A stretch of 64,000 bases of DNA from an uncultured Gemmatimonadales bacterium (GTDB lineage Bacteria > Gemmatimonadota > Gemmatimonadetes > Gemmatimonadales > GWC2-71-9). A program made the position numbers and the translations under genes. Below the pieces are notes generated by a model. The model saw only the letters and a program-made list of their open reading frames with translations, did not search any database and had not been told where the DNA came from. The first letter of the stretch is position 1. Each line of letters opens with the position of its first letter. This document shows, in pieces, positions 50,916 to 60,120 of the stretch. Location of the stretch: assembly GCA_963795085.1 (NCBI GenBank), contig CAWCFX010000001.1, positions 1,216,001-1,280,000 on the forward strand, written 5' to 3'.

Positions 50916-52238
50916 TCAATGATCCAGTGCGGCGAGCAGCACCGCGTAGCGTTCTTCGACGGCCCGGACATCTTCCTGCTCGGGAAGTCCCGCCCGGGCG
51001 CCGCGGAGAATGATGTCGGCCTGCCGGCGGAGTGCGGCCCGGTCTTCTTCCCGGTGGGTGGCGGCGGCGACCGGGACCATGGTTTCCATCAGCCGGTTGG
51101 TGACGGCGGCGCTTTCCCTGGCATACTGGCGGATCTGGGTCCAGGCGGCGTCGAGGATCTGGGGGAAGGTGACCGAGGGCGCGATGACCCGGAGCAGGCC
51201 ATCGTCGTCCACCCGGTACGGGGAAGGCGCCCTGCGCCGCGCCAGTCGGGTAAGCCCTGACCCCAGGCGGTCCACGCAGGAAACGGCGGTGAATGGGTCA
51301 TTGATGCCGGGCGAAAGCGCCCGCGCGGCGATTTCCACCAACTGGTGGACGGCAAATTCCAGGTCCTGCTTGGGGGTGCGCTGTCCGCCCAGCACGAAGG
51401 CCGCGTTCACCCGCTCGGCCACCCGGGGCGTGACCCGGTCTTCCGGCCAGACCCGCACCAGGGGGCTGCCGCGGATGACGTACTGACCGGGCCGCCGCTC
51501 GACGCGGAGGACCAGGTTGTGCTCCCGGGCCAGCCCCATAAGGCTGCTCGCGTCGATCAACTGGAGATAGCCGTCCGCGGCCGAGGGGATGCTGAGAGCC
51601 TCCCGCGCGAAGGCGGGGGGCTCCGCGGGTGCCTCGCCGGGACCAACCTCGTCCGAGGCCTCTCCGATATGCTCGGGGAACAGCCGGTCGATGCCCTCGT
51701 GCAGGTCGGTGCTGACCCTCCCGATGATCGCATCCGCCTGGATGGAAACCGCTACATGATGGATGAAATAGATGAGCACCCACAGGCTGGCCAGGGCGAA
51801 AACGACCCCGAGCGTGACGGCCAGCTGGGGCACGAAGGGGGTCTCTTCCGCGCGACGAATGGTCCGAATCACGAGCAGGCAATAGAGGAAGGTGGCAACA
51901 AAGGTTCCCAGCACGACCTGGTTGGTCGTGTCGCCCATGAAGTTCCGGAGCAGCCGCGGACCGAATTGGGAAGACGCCAGGGTCAGCGCCACCAGCGTCA
52001 GCGAAAACACGACCCCGGCGATGGTGATCATGGAACCGGCGATCGTCTGCAGGACGGCGCTGGCGCCGGCCGGCCCCCCCGTGTAGACCCACTTGAGCCC
52101 GTCCAGCCATTCCTGGCTCACCGAGTGGTCGAGCGACACCATCCCGAAGGCCAGCCCAGCGGCGGCCAGCGCCATGAGGGTCGGCAGGAACCAGAAACTG
52201 GTGCGGATATGGTCCCAGTACTTGAGCAGTCGGGTCAT
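50916..52238 (-). CDS. DUF2254 membrane protein
   Basis: SFWF.P, FS.T.VAL.LASSQF.PR.L and EIA.RALSPGINDP.TA. Confidence 0.9.
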   Translation of the reverse strand: MTRLLKYWDHIRTSFWFLPTLMALAAAGLAFGMVSLDHSVSQEWLDGLKWVYTGGPAGASAVLQTIAGSMITIAGVVFSLTLVALTLASSQFGPRLLRNFMGDTTNQVVLGTFVATFLYCLLVIRTIRRAEETPFVPQLAVTLGVVFALASLWVLIYFIHHVAVSIQADAIIGRVSTDLHEGIDRLFPEHIGEASDEVGPGEAPAEPPAFAREALSIPSAADGYLQLIDASSLMGLAREHNLVLRVERRPGQYVIRGSPLVRVWPEDRVTPRVAERVNAAFVLGGQRTPKQDLEFAVHQLVEIAARALSPGINDPFTAVSCVDRLGSGLTRLARRRAPSPYRVDDDGLLRVIAPSVTFPQILDAAWTQIRQYARESAAVTNRLMETMVPVAAATHREEDRAALRRQADIILRGARAGLPEQEDVRAVEERYAVLLAALDH

Positions 52239-52245
52239 GGGGATT

Positions 52246-53262
52246 TCACCGTCGGGATGCTGGCCGGCCGTGATCCCGGGCGATCTCCCGATCGGTCAGG
52301 CGGAGAAACCGGGCGGCGTTGTTGTAAAAAATGTCCCGCTTCTGGTCTTCGCTCAGGAAGGGGGCCTCCTCGATGGTTTCGATGGCCACCCGGATCGCCT
52401 GCGGCCAGATCATCTGGTCGGACCCCCACATGATCCGTTTTGCGAAGCCGGCATTGATCAGGCGCTGCAACTGGCTGTAGAAATGGGCCCGGGGAAATCC
52501 CCAGTTGTTCTGCGCGATATCCACGTACACCTGGGGATGCGAGTAGAGCACGGCGATCATCTCATCCACCAGCGGCGAGCCGTAGTGCATGACATAGACG
52601 CGGAGCCGGGGATGGCGGACCAGGACTTCCTCCAGCTGGAACGGGCTGCCCAGCCGGGCCCGATACGGGGATCCGCCCAGAGTATGGGGCCCGCCGGGCG
52701 GGCCCTCGCCCAGGTGAACGCCGACCGGGATATCCAATTCTTCGGCCAGGGCGAAATAGGGGTCGAACATCAGGTCGTCGAGCAGGACCCCGTCGTACTG
52801 GGGCGAGATCTCGGCGAAGACCTGGAACCGGCCCGCCTGGTAGAGCCGGCGGTACTCGTCCGGCGCGCGCTCCCGGGCCACGTTGAAAAACAGGGCGGGA
52901 ATGATCCGTTCGGGGGACGCCGCCTGCCAGGCGCTGATCTGCTCCAGCCGGCCGGTCGTCACCGCGCGGATGTTATACCGCTCCAGCAGGGCCAGCGTTT
53001 CGCTCCGTACCGCGGCGTCGCTGGCGGCCGGCTGCAGGGGAGTGGCGCAGGAGGTAAGTGTGCTGGCCAGCGTGATCGGCTTCCGGGGATCCACCGGGGG
53101 AAACTCGATAGGCTGGTCGCTGGTGCACACGGCGAGACCTCCGCCGTAGTCGGCCAGGGTATGAGCGTGCAGGTGCACGTCAATAATGGGACGCCCGGGA
53201 CCCTGGGCCGGCAGGGCCCGGGGCAGCAGAACGAACAGGAGGGCAAGGGACAGGGGCCGCAT
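52246..53262 (-). CDS. Secreted amidohydrolase family protein
   Basis: Signal peptide, IDVHLH, PVGVH, MHYG and WGSD. Confidence 0.87.
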   Translation of the reverse strand: MRPLSLALLFVLLPRALPAQGPGRPIIDVHLHAHTLADYGGGLAVCTSDQPIEFPPVDPRKPITLASTLTSCATPLQPAASDAAVRSETLALLERYNIRAVTTGRLEQISAWQAASPERIIPALFFNVARERAPDEYRRLYQAGRFQVFAEISPQYDGVLLDDLMFDPYFALAEELDIPVGVHLGEGPPGGPHTLGGSPYRARLGSPFQLEEVLVRHPRLRVYVMHYGSPLVDEMIAVLYSHPQVYVDIAQNNWGFPRAHFYSQLQRLINAGFAKRIMWGSDQMIWPQAIRVAIETIEEAPFLSEDQKRDIFYNNAARFLRLTDREIARDHGRPASRR

Positions 53263-53396
53263 GAGGCTCCGAATGTCAAAGTTTGAAATGGCCGACGGGC
53301 GGCGAAATCTGGCCCGCGGCGGAGGTGCCATGCGACGCGGACGGGACGGTTCCGGGACCAGGCGCGTGGCGCCTGGGTCCGCCCCGTCTCCCCCGG

Positions 53397-54086
53397 TCAA
53401 GACCGCCGGAGTATCCAGAACTCCCCGGTCAATCCCACCTCGGCGAGCAATGCTTCGGTTTCTTCGACAGTGTGGCGGCGCCATTCGGGCTTGACCTTGT
53501 CCCGGTACCAGCCCCGGGCCAGCCGCCACCCCTGCTCGGGAGTGAGCAATGCGCCCCGCGAGAGGTCGCGGGCCTGGCACCAGCGGTCCACGTGCTCTTC
53601 CGACCGGAAGAGAAGCATGGTGCTTCAGGCGAACCCGATGTTCTCCCACCACTGCCGGGCCGGGACCGCGAAGTGAATGATCCCCTCGGCGTGCGCCAGT
53701 TCGCCGCCGGCGACGGCGATCCGGAGCGGGGCTCCGCAGTCGCCGCAGGGCGCCTCGATTTCCGCGTCCCGCCCCAGCGCCGCCGCGATCCCGAGGGCAT
53801 CCCAGATGCAGATGCCCCAATAGGTGATTCCCGCCGACCGGACCCGGAACCCCGAGGGAACGGCGCAGAACGGGTTGGCGGCCCAGATACCGCCGCCGTT
53901 GGGCGCCTGGATCAGCACCTTGCCCGCGGCGAGGTGCGCGATCGCCTGCCGCACCGATTCCTCCGGGTGGCCGAGTGCCGTGGCAATAGCGGCCGCCTGG
54001 GGTACCTGTCCCGTGGTGGCCGCGTGCTGAAAGAGATAGACACGGACCCCATCCGACATCGCTTCCGCCGCCGCATCGCCCGTCAT
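53397..54086 (-). CDS. MerB (organomercurial lyase)-like protein with in-frame UGA at 53625-53627; probable selenoprotein of 229 aa
   Basis: ORFs 53625..54086 and 53397..53618 share one frame. They give PF...P, CIWDALG (CxxD), CGDCG and WWENIGFA-U-STMLLFRSEEH, with a hairpin after the UGA. Confidence 0.82.
53588..53624 (-). promoter_or_regulatory. Putative bacterial SECIS element
   Basis: mRNA reads UGA-AGCA-CCAUG-CUU-CUCUUCC-GGUC-GGAAGAG-CA-CGUGG: a perfect 7-bp upper stem with a GGUC loop 19 nt after the UGA. Confidence 0.75.
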
Positions 54087-55573
54087 GCGATCTGCTCCGG
54101 TGAAGGGTTTTCGATGGCCCGGGCCAGGCCCCGCAACATGCCGCCGAACACCAGGTGGTGCAGAGGATAGAGCGCATACCAGTAGGCCCGCCCCCACAGT
54201 CCCACCGGGTCAAAGATGGCGGTCTGCCGGATGGTGGTCCCCGTCCCGTCCGGCGTCAACTCGAACTCCAGCCACGCCCGCCCCGGCAACTTCATCTCGG
54301 CCGCCAGCCGCAGCAGGCGGTCCGGTTCGATCGCCTCGACCCGCCAGAAATCCAGGGTGTCGCCCACGCGCAGGGTGGTGGGGGAGCGGCGGCCCCGTCG
54401 CAAGCCCGCACCGCCGGCCAGCAGGTCCAGGAACCCCCGCAGGCGCCACAGCCAGTTCCAGGCGTACCACCCGGTGGCGCCGCCGATCTGGCGGACCGGC
54501 GCGAACGCGCGGCCGGGAGGCGCGGTGACACGCACCGAACGGGAATCTACCAGCCGGGAACCGAAAGGAACGCCCCCCCACGTAGGTGGCTCCCCCGCCG
54601 AAGAGAGTGCATCGGACCAGCGCGTGGCCGCGATCTCCCGGTCCTCCCGGGCCAATGCGCGTTCGACCGCCTGGTCCACGCCCATCGGCACGATCGCCGG
54701 AAAGGTCTGCCGCGCGCCGGGATCACGGACGATGGTAGGGTGGATGATGCTCTCGATGAGCTTCCTGCCGATTCGGGCGTACACCGGCGTCACCAGCCCC
54801 AGCCACAGGCTGGAAAGAAACGGTGTCAGCACCGGCACCGGGATCATGCGGAGCCGCATCCCCCGGCGGGCCGCATACCGCCGCATGATCTCGGCGTAAG
54901 AAACCTGGTCCGCCCCGCCGATCTCGAAGACCCGGTACTGGCTGACCGGCAGCTCGAGCGCCGCGACCAGGTAGGAAAGGAGATCGTCGATCGCGATGGG
55001 CTGGGCCGACACATTGACCCAGCGCGGCGTGACCATGAGCGGCAGCCGCTCCACCAGCGCACGAATCATCTCGAAGGAAAGGCTGCCGGATCCGATCACG
55101 ATCGACGCGCGGAACTCGAGGACCGGTACCCCGGATTCCCCGAGGATCCGCCCGACCTCCTGCCGGCTGCGAAGATGAGGGGAGAGATCCTCGCCGGCCT
55201 GGCCGAGCCCGCCGAGGTAAATAATCCCGCGAACCCCGGCGGCACGGGCCGCCTGGCCGAAGTGAAGGGCCGCCGCCCGGTCGGCGGTCTCGAAGGATCC
55301 GGCCGACCCCATGGAATGGACGAGGTAGTACGCGATGTCCACGTCCTCGAAGGCGGGGGGCAGCGTGGCGGGGCTCAGTACGTCGCCGGCCACCGTCTCG
55401 GTTGCTGCACCGGTCCGGCCGCGGAGCGTGGCCGGGCGGCGGCTCAGGCAGCGGATGCGGTGGCCGGCGTGCTCCAGGAGAGGAAGGAGCCGTCCGCCGA
55501 CGTAACCGGTGGCGCCGGTGAGCAGGATCCGACGGGGCGGGGAGCCGGTCACCCGGGCGGCAGATTCAGCCAT
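54083..55573 (-). CDS. NAD(P)-binding SDR-like protein with a C-terminal DUF2867 domain (YbjT-like)
   Basis: TGATGYVG, YYLVHSM, S.HL.SR, GSGS.SFE, GG..GWY and AEMKLPG.AWL. Confidence 0.9.
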   Translation of the reverse strand: MAESAARVTGSPPRRILLTGATGYVGGRLLPLLEHAGHRIRCLSRRPATLRGRTGAATETVAGDVLSPATLPPAFEDVDIAYYLVHSMGSAGSFETADRAAALHFGQAARAAGVRGIIYLGGLGQAGEDLSPHLRSRQEVGRILGESGVPVLEFRASIVIGSGSLSFEMIRALVERLPLMVTPRWVNVSAQPIAIDDLLSYLVAALELPVSQYRVFEIGGADQVSYAEIMRRYAARRGMRLRMIPVPVLTPFLSSLWLGLVTPVYARIGRKLIESIIHPTIVRDPGARQTFPAIVPMGVDQAVERALAREDREIAATRWSDALSSAGEPPTWGGVPFGSRLVDSRSVRVTAPPGRAFAPVRQIGGATGWYAWNWLWRLRGFLDLLAGGAGLRRGRRSPTTLRVGDTLDFWRVEAIEPDRLLRLAAEMKLPGRAWLEFELTPDGTGTTIRQTAIFDPVGLWGRAYWYALYPLHHLVFGGMLRGLARAIENPSPEQIA

Positions 55574-55920
55574 TGCTCGGCTTCTTCCATGGTCCGGAAA
55601 ACGCCAATCTCGGTGCCTTCGAATTCAAAAAATGCCTGGAGCATCCGGCTCAGCCCGAAATGGGCATCTTCCTCGGCGATGAAGGCGCGCTTGACGCCCG
55701 GGGCAAACACCGATGTCCGGGCCAGGCCGCGGAGGGCGGCGGCCGAAAGGTCCATGGTGTCCACATTGCGGAGATCGCAGGTTTGCCGGTAGGTCGGCCG
55801 GAAGGCAGGGTCGTTGGCCAGCTCGCGGTAGTGGACGATGCTTTCTTCTTCGGTCAGCAGGCCCCAGGCCCGACTTCGCACCAGTTCGAGGGCCGGGTCG
55901 ATCTCATAACTCGAAGGCAT
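55549..55920 (-). CDS. Hypothetical protein (SpoIIAA/STAS-like)
   Basis: D.R pattern, FGL.RM and an F....EA..WL terminus. Confidence 0.6.
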   Translation of the reverse strand: MPSSYEIDPALELVRSRAWGLLTEEESIVHYRELANDPAFRPTYRQTCDLRNVDTMDLSAAALRGLARTSVFAPGVKRAFIAEEDAHFGLSRMLQAFFEFEGTEIGVFRTMEEAEQWLNLPPG

Positions 55921-55976
55921 GGGGCTCCCTGGTTGCTGAAAACGGTAGTGCCCCGGGACCGCCTTGTCGAGGAGGA

Positions 55977-57971
55977 TCACAGGTAGTAATCGAAATCCCT
56001 TTCGCTCTTGACCTGGCGCCGGATCCGGAACAGGTGAGCCGGCAGCACCGCCGGGTCCAGCTGCACGTAGTTGGCGGGTCCGGTCCAGAGGTAGCGGCTG
56101 CCGCCCAGTTCGTCATGCACCTGGAAGGCCTGGTCCGGTTCCAGTCCCAGCGCGGCCAGGTCGAGATGTACCCACCCCGACTGGGCATGGTGCAGGTCCA
56201 GGTTCGCGACGACGAGCACGGCGTTGGCCAGGTCGTCGCTGGTCTTGCTGTAACAGAGGAGCAGGGGGTTGTCCACGATGTGAAACTTGAGGCCGCTGTT
56301 GGTCTGCAGGGCGGGATTCTCCCGGCGGGCGCGGTTGAGCCGGGTGATGAGCGGCTTGAGGCTGTGAGCGGCGCCGAGATCCCACTCGCGCAACTGGTAC
56401 TTCTCGGAATCGAGGTATTCCTCGCTGCCCGGGCTACGCGGCTGGTGCTCGCCCAGTTCGAAGGCGGGCCCGTAGATGCCGTAGCTGGCTCCCAGGGTGG
56501 CGGCCAGGATGACTCGCAACTGAAAGGCGGGACGCCCGCCGATCTGGAGATACTCGGTCAGGATATCCGGCGTGTTTGGCCACAGGTTGGGGCGGAAGAA
56601 CTCCCGGACATCGGCGGCGCTCAGTTCGGTGAAGTAGTCCGCCAGTTCCTGGCGGGTGTTCCGCCAGGAGAAGTAGGTATAGCTCTGGGAAAACCCCAGC
56701 TTGGCCAGGCGGTACATTACCTTGGGCCGGGTAAAGGCTTCGGCCAGAAAGATGGTGTCGGGATACTCCGCCTGCACTTCCGCGATCATCCACTCCCAGA
56801 ACGCAAAGGCCTTGGTGTGGGGATTGTCGACCCGGAAAATCCGGACCCCGCGTCTGGCCCAGAAAACCACGACCTCCTTGAGGCCTTCCCAGAGTGCTTC
56901 CCAGTCCTCGCTCTCAAAATCGATCGGATAGATGTCCTGGTATTTCTTGGGGGGGTTCTCGGCGTACTGGATGGTGCCATCGGGGCGGTGCCGGAACCAG
57001 GCGGGATGTTCGGTGACCCAGGGGTGGTCGGGCGAGCACTGGTAGGCGATGTCGAGGGCGATCTCGATGCCCCGGGCCTGGGCGGCGCTCACCAGCCGGT
57101 CAAAGTCGGTCAGGGTGCCCAGGTCGGGATGGATCGCGGTATGTCCCCCTTCCGGGCCGCCGATGGCCCACGGGCTGCCGACATCCGGAGGGCCCGCCGT
57201 GAGACTGTTGTTGGGGCCCTTGCGAAAGGCGCGGCCGACCGGGTGGATAGGCGGCAGGTAGAGGACGTCGAAACCCATCCCCGCGATGTAGGCCAGCCGT
57301 CGCTCCACGTCGGCGAAGGTCCCGTGCCGGCCCGGCGTCTCCGCGGCCGAGCGGGGGAACAACTCGTACCAGGTGCTGTAGCGGGCACGGGGCCGCTCTG
57401 CCCGGACCTTCAACTCCCGGTCATACCGGGTGGCCAGGCCCCGGTCGGGCCACCCGCAGGCGGTGGCTTCCAGTACCGGGTCCAGCGCCAGCGCGGTGCG
57501 GGCTTCGAGATCCCCCCTGGTGCGCAGGGTAGCGGCCCAGCCGGTCAGGCGGGTGGCATCCCGTTTCTGGGCGCGGCCGGCGGCGGCCTCCAGCAGACGA
57601 GCGCCGATCTCGAACTCCGGCTCCAGGTCCTGATCCGGGGCCTTCACCCGCCGGGCCATGTCGCGGACCCACGTCAGGAAACGATCGGTCCACCCTTCGA
57701 CGGTGAAGAGATACTCGCCCAGGTCCTGGACCGGGAAGCTGGCGGTCCATCGGTCATTCCCGAGCGATTGCATGGGAAGCTCGGTCCAGGTCTTTCCGCC
57801 GGGGCTCCGGACTCGAAGGACGCAAGCCACCGCATCGTGGCCGTCGCCGAAGACGTCGGCCTCGACCTGGACCGATTCGCCGACGACCCGTTTGACCGGG
57901 AACCTGCCGTCGTCCACGCGGGGCTGGACGTTCTCGATAACGACCCGGTGCCGGCCGTCCGGCTGCGCCAT
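55977..57971 (-). CDS. glgE: Alpha-1,4-glucan:maltose-1-phosphate maltosyltransferase
   Basis: WYELFPRS, YLPPIHP.G, RKG.NN, AENPPKKYQDIYP, FRVDNPHTK, EAFT, NTPDIL and SEKY. Confidence 0.95.
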   Translation of the reverse strand: MAQPDGRHRVVIENVQPRVDDGRFPVKRVVGESVQVEADVFGDGHDAVACVLRVRSPGGKTWTELPMQSLGNDRWTASFPVQDLGEYLFTVEGWTDRFLTWVRDMARRVKAPDQDLEPEFEIGARLLEAAAGRAQKRDATRLTGWAATLRTRGDLEARTALALDPVLEATACGWPDRGLATRYDRELKVRAERPRARYSTWYELFPRSAAETPGRHGTFADVERRLAYIAGMGFDVLYLPPIHPVGRAFRKGPNNSLTAGPPDVGSPWAIGGPEGGHTAIHPDLGTLTDFDRLVSAAQARGIEIALDIAYQCSPDHPWVTEHPAWFRHRPDGTIQYAENPPKKYQDIYPIDFESEDWEALWEGLKEVVVFWARRGVRIFRVDNPHTKAFAFWEWMIAEVQAEYPDTIFLAEAFTRPKVMYRLAKLGFSQSYTYFSWRNTRQELADYFTELSAADVREFFRPNLWPNTPDILTEYLQIGGRPAFQLRVILAATLGASYGIYGPAFELGEHQPRSPGSEEYLDSEKYQLREWDLGAAHSLKPLITRLNRARRENPALQTNSGLKFHIVDNPLLLCYSKTSDDLANAVLVVANLDLHHAQSGWVHLDLAALGLEPDQAFQVHDELGGSRYLWTGPANYVQLDPAVLPAHLFRIRRQVKSERDFDYYL

Positions 57972-57988
57972 GGTCTTCCTCCCTTCGC

Positions 57989-58690
57989 TCACAGGTGTTC
58001 GATGGTCGGTTCGGGCTGTTCGCCCTGGCGTTCCGCCTGCTTCTCCCAGGTGCGGCTGACCACTTCCTTGGAGCCCAGCCCTACCGCCAGCGCCAGCGCC
58101 AGGACGATCCCGCCGAACAGGGCGCCGAAGGCCAGCAGCAGGATGGTGCCGCCGATGCTCAGGTGGTCGAGCGCCATGGCGACCGTGAGGAGCAGGACCA
58201 GCCACTTGACGCCGAGGCTCATGAGCCGGGCCGACTGCAACTGCATGTTGACCGCGCTGATGAGCACCCCGCGCGACAGGAACCGGGCCAGCACCGTCCC
58301 CATGATGAGGAGGATGATGGCCACAAAGACGTTGGGGAGATAGGTCCCCAGCCGTCCCAGCAGGGTCACCATGAGCGTGGCATCGAGCGCGGCGAGCCCC
58401 ACCATGGCGCCGAGCAGCACGATGACCCAGTACACCAGCCGGCCGACCAGCAGGGTGGGGCTGTTGCGGGGAGACCATTCGACCAGCGCCGCGGCGCCCC
58501 AGCGCTCCAGCTGGTAATCGAACCGAACCGCGCTGAGCAGCCGGACCAGGATCCAGCGGATGAGCGCACCCACCAGCATGGCCGCCAGCACCGACAGCAG
58601 CAGCGCGACCAGGCCGGGCAGCAGGCTGGCCAGGGTCGTCAAAACCCGGCTCAGGGAGTCCCGCAAGGCGTCGTCAATCTGGTTCCACAT
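57989..58690 (-). CDS. Mechanosensitive-channel-like TM helix repeat protein (CmpX-like)
   Basis: Repeated LP.L..A / YLPNV..A helices and ALA.GLG. Confidence 0.75.
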   Translation of the reverse strand: MWNQIDDALRDSLSRVLTTLASLLPGLVALLLSVLAAMLVGALIRWILVRLLSAVRFDYQLERWGAAALVEWSPRNSPTLLVGRLVYWVIVLLGAMVGLAALDATLMVTLLGRLGTYLPNVFVAIILLIMGTVLARFLSRGVLISAVNMQLQSARLMSLGVKWLVLLLTVAMALDHLSIGGTILLLAFGALFGGIVLALALAVGLGSKEVVSRTWEKQAERQGEQPEPTIEHL

Positions 58691-58720
58691 GGCTCTTCCT
58701 CCTCCGGTGTTCGGGTCCGG

Positions 58721-59971
58721 TCAGGGATTGAAACGGTCGGGCCACCGCCACCGGGAGATCAGGTAGGGCTTCTCGGCCTCGTACTGCAGGCACAACTGTT
58801 CCAGCCGGTCTTCCAGCCGGGCCGGGTCGGCGTCTCCCAGCTCGGTATCGAGGGAGCCAAGCCATCCAAGGTACAGCGGCGCCAGGGCGCCCATCAGGTG
58901 ATCGCGGTTCATCACCCGGGTCCGGTAGGCCAGCGAAAAATCGAAAACGATGCGCGCCCACAGGCGGTCCGGCATGGCGAACCCGCCTTCCGGCATCTGG
59001 GCCAGCTTCTTGAGCTCGACCAGGGTGCCGGGAGAGTGAACCAGGCCCCACACTTCCCGCAGGTTCTGCTGGCCCAGCCGGTAGGCATCGAGGAGCCGCT
59101 TGCGATCGATGGGGGCCGGCTCGAGCTGGGCGCGGTCCACGGCGCCGGCCAGGGGGACCGGGGTGGACCCCCGGATCTTCTGCCAGACGCTGGTGGATTG
59201 CTCCATCTCACCGAAGACCTGGGAGAGAACTTCCAGCAGCACCGCGCTCAATCCGGCCGCCGTGTCGCCGGCGACGACGGTGCGGGGCCCGAGGGCCACC
59301 TGGGTCAGGTGCATGCCGCCGGCCACGGCGTCCACGTGCAGCTGGAGTTCGACCGACTGGTGGGCCGGCGGAGACCGGCGGGGATCCCGGCGGAGATGGC
59401 GATCGATGAGCCGGGACGACACGGCAAATTCGGCTCCCATCGGATAGCGCACCCGCTTGCCGAACAGGCAGCGCACCAGCGGATACACGATGCCCGAGGT
59501 GATGGCGCCACTGAAAGGATGCCGCAGATAGTACGGCGCCACGAAGTCCTGCTCACCGTCCGCCACCGGCGCCAGCAGGCGGCCGATCCATTCCGGCGTC
59601 AGGCTGGCCACTTCGGCGCCGATGATCGCCGCACCGCGGGCGCCCACCCGCTGGCTGGCCTGAAGAATGAGCCGGACCGCTTCCGCGTGGGGCAGGGAAA
59701 CGCCGGCGGTGCCGGGGGCCCGGTACGTGAGGTCCAGCACCGGGGCCCCGCCTTCGCCGTTGACCGGCTCGCCGTGGGTGCCGCCGGCGTGGGCGTGCAG
59801 CACCACCGCGCTTATCCCGGGAAACCGCTGCGCCAGCCCGGCCCGTGCCGCCGCCACCGCGTCCCGGGTATCGTCCAGCCGGTCGTGTGCGGCGATGCCC
59901 ACCACCAGGTCGGCATGACCCAGGGCGTTCAGGTTGGTATCGACCTCGGGGGCCAGTGTGAACTCCGCCAT
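58721..59971 (-). CDS. Glucosylglycerate synthase-like glycosyltransferase, possibly degenerate
   Basis: D.VVGI, TPEWI..L..P, DFV.PYY.RH, IT..IVYP, P.G.EF, WAR.V.DF and PLY.G. Confidence 0.7.
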   Translation of the reverse strand: MAEFTLAPEVDTNLNALGHADLVVGIAAHDRLDDTRDAVAAARAGLAQRFPGISAVVLHAHAGGTHGEPVNGEGGAPVLDLTYRAPGTAGVSLPHAEAVRLILQASQRVGARGAAIIGAEVASLTPEWIGRLLAPVADGEQDFVAPYYLRHPFSGAITSGIVYPLVRCLFGKRVRYPMGAEFAVSSRLIDRHLRRDPRRSPPAHQSVELQLHVDAVAGGMHLTQVALGPRTVVAGDTAAGLSAVLLEVLSQVFGEMEQSTSVWQKIRGSTPVPLAGAVDRAQLEPAPIDRKRLLDAYRLGQQNLREVWGLVHSPGTLVELKKLAQMPEGGFAMPDRLWARIVFDFSLAYRTRVMNRDHLMGALAPLYLGWLGSLDTELGDADPARLEDRLEQLCLQYEAEKPYLISRWRWPDRFNP

Positions 59972-60120
59972 TCATTCCTCCGCCCGGAACAAAACACGGG
60001 ATAACTCATGATACATTGATATGGATGGTATTGTCACGATACCTTGAGATTGTCCCTCATGGCAATGACAGCCCGCGGAACGACATGCCGGGTCCGTAAC
60101 TCACACGAGGATAACCCACC

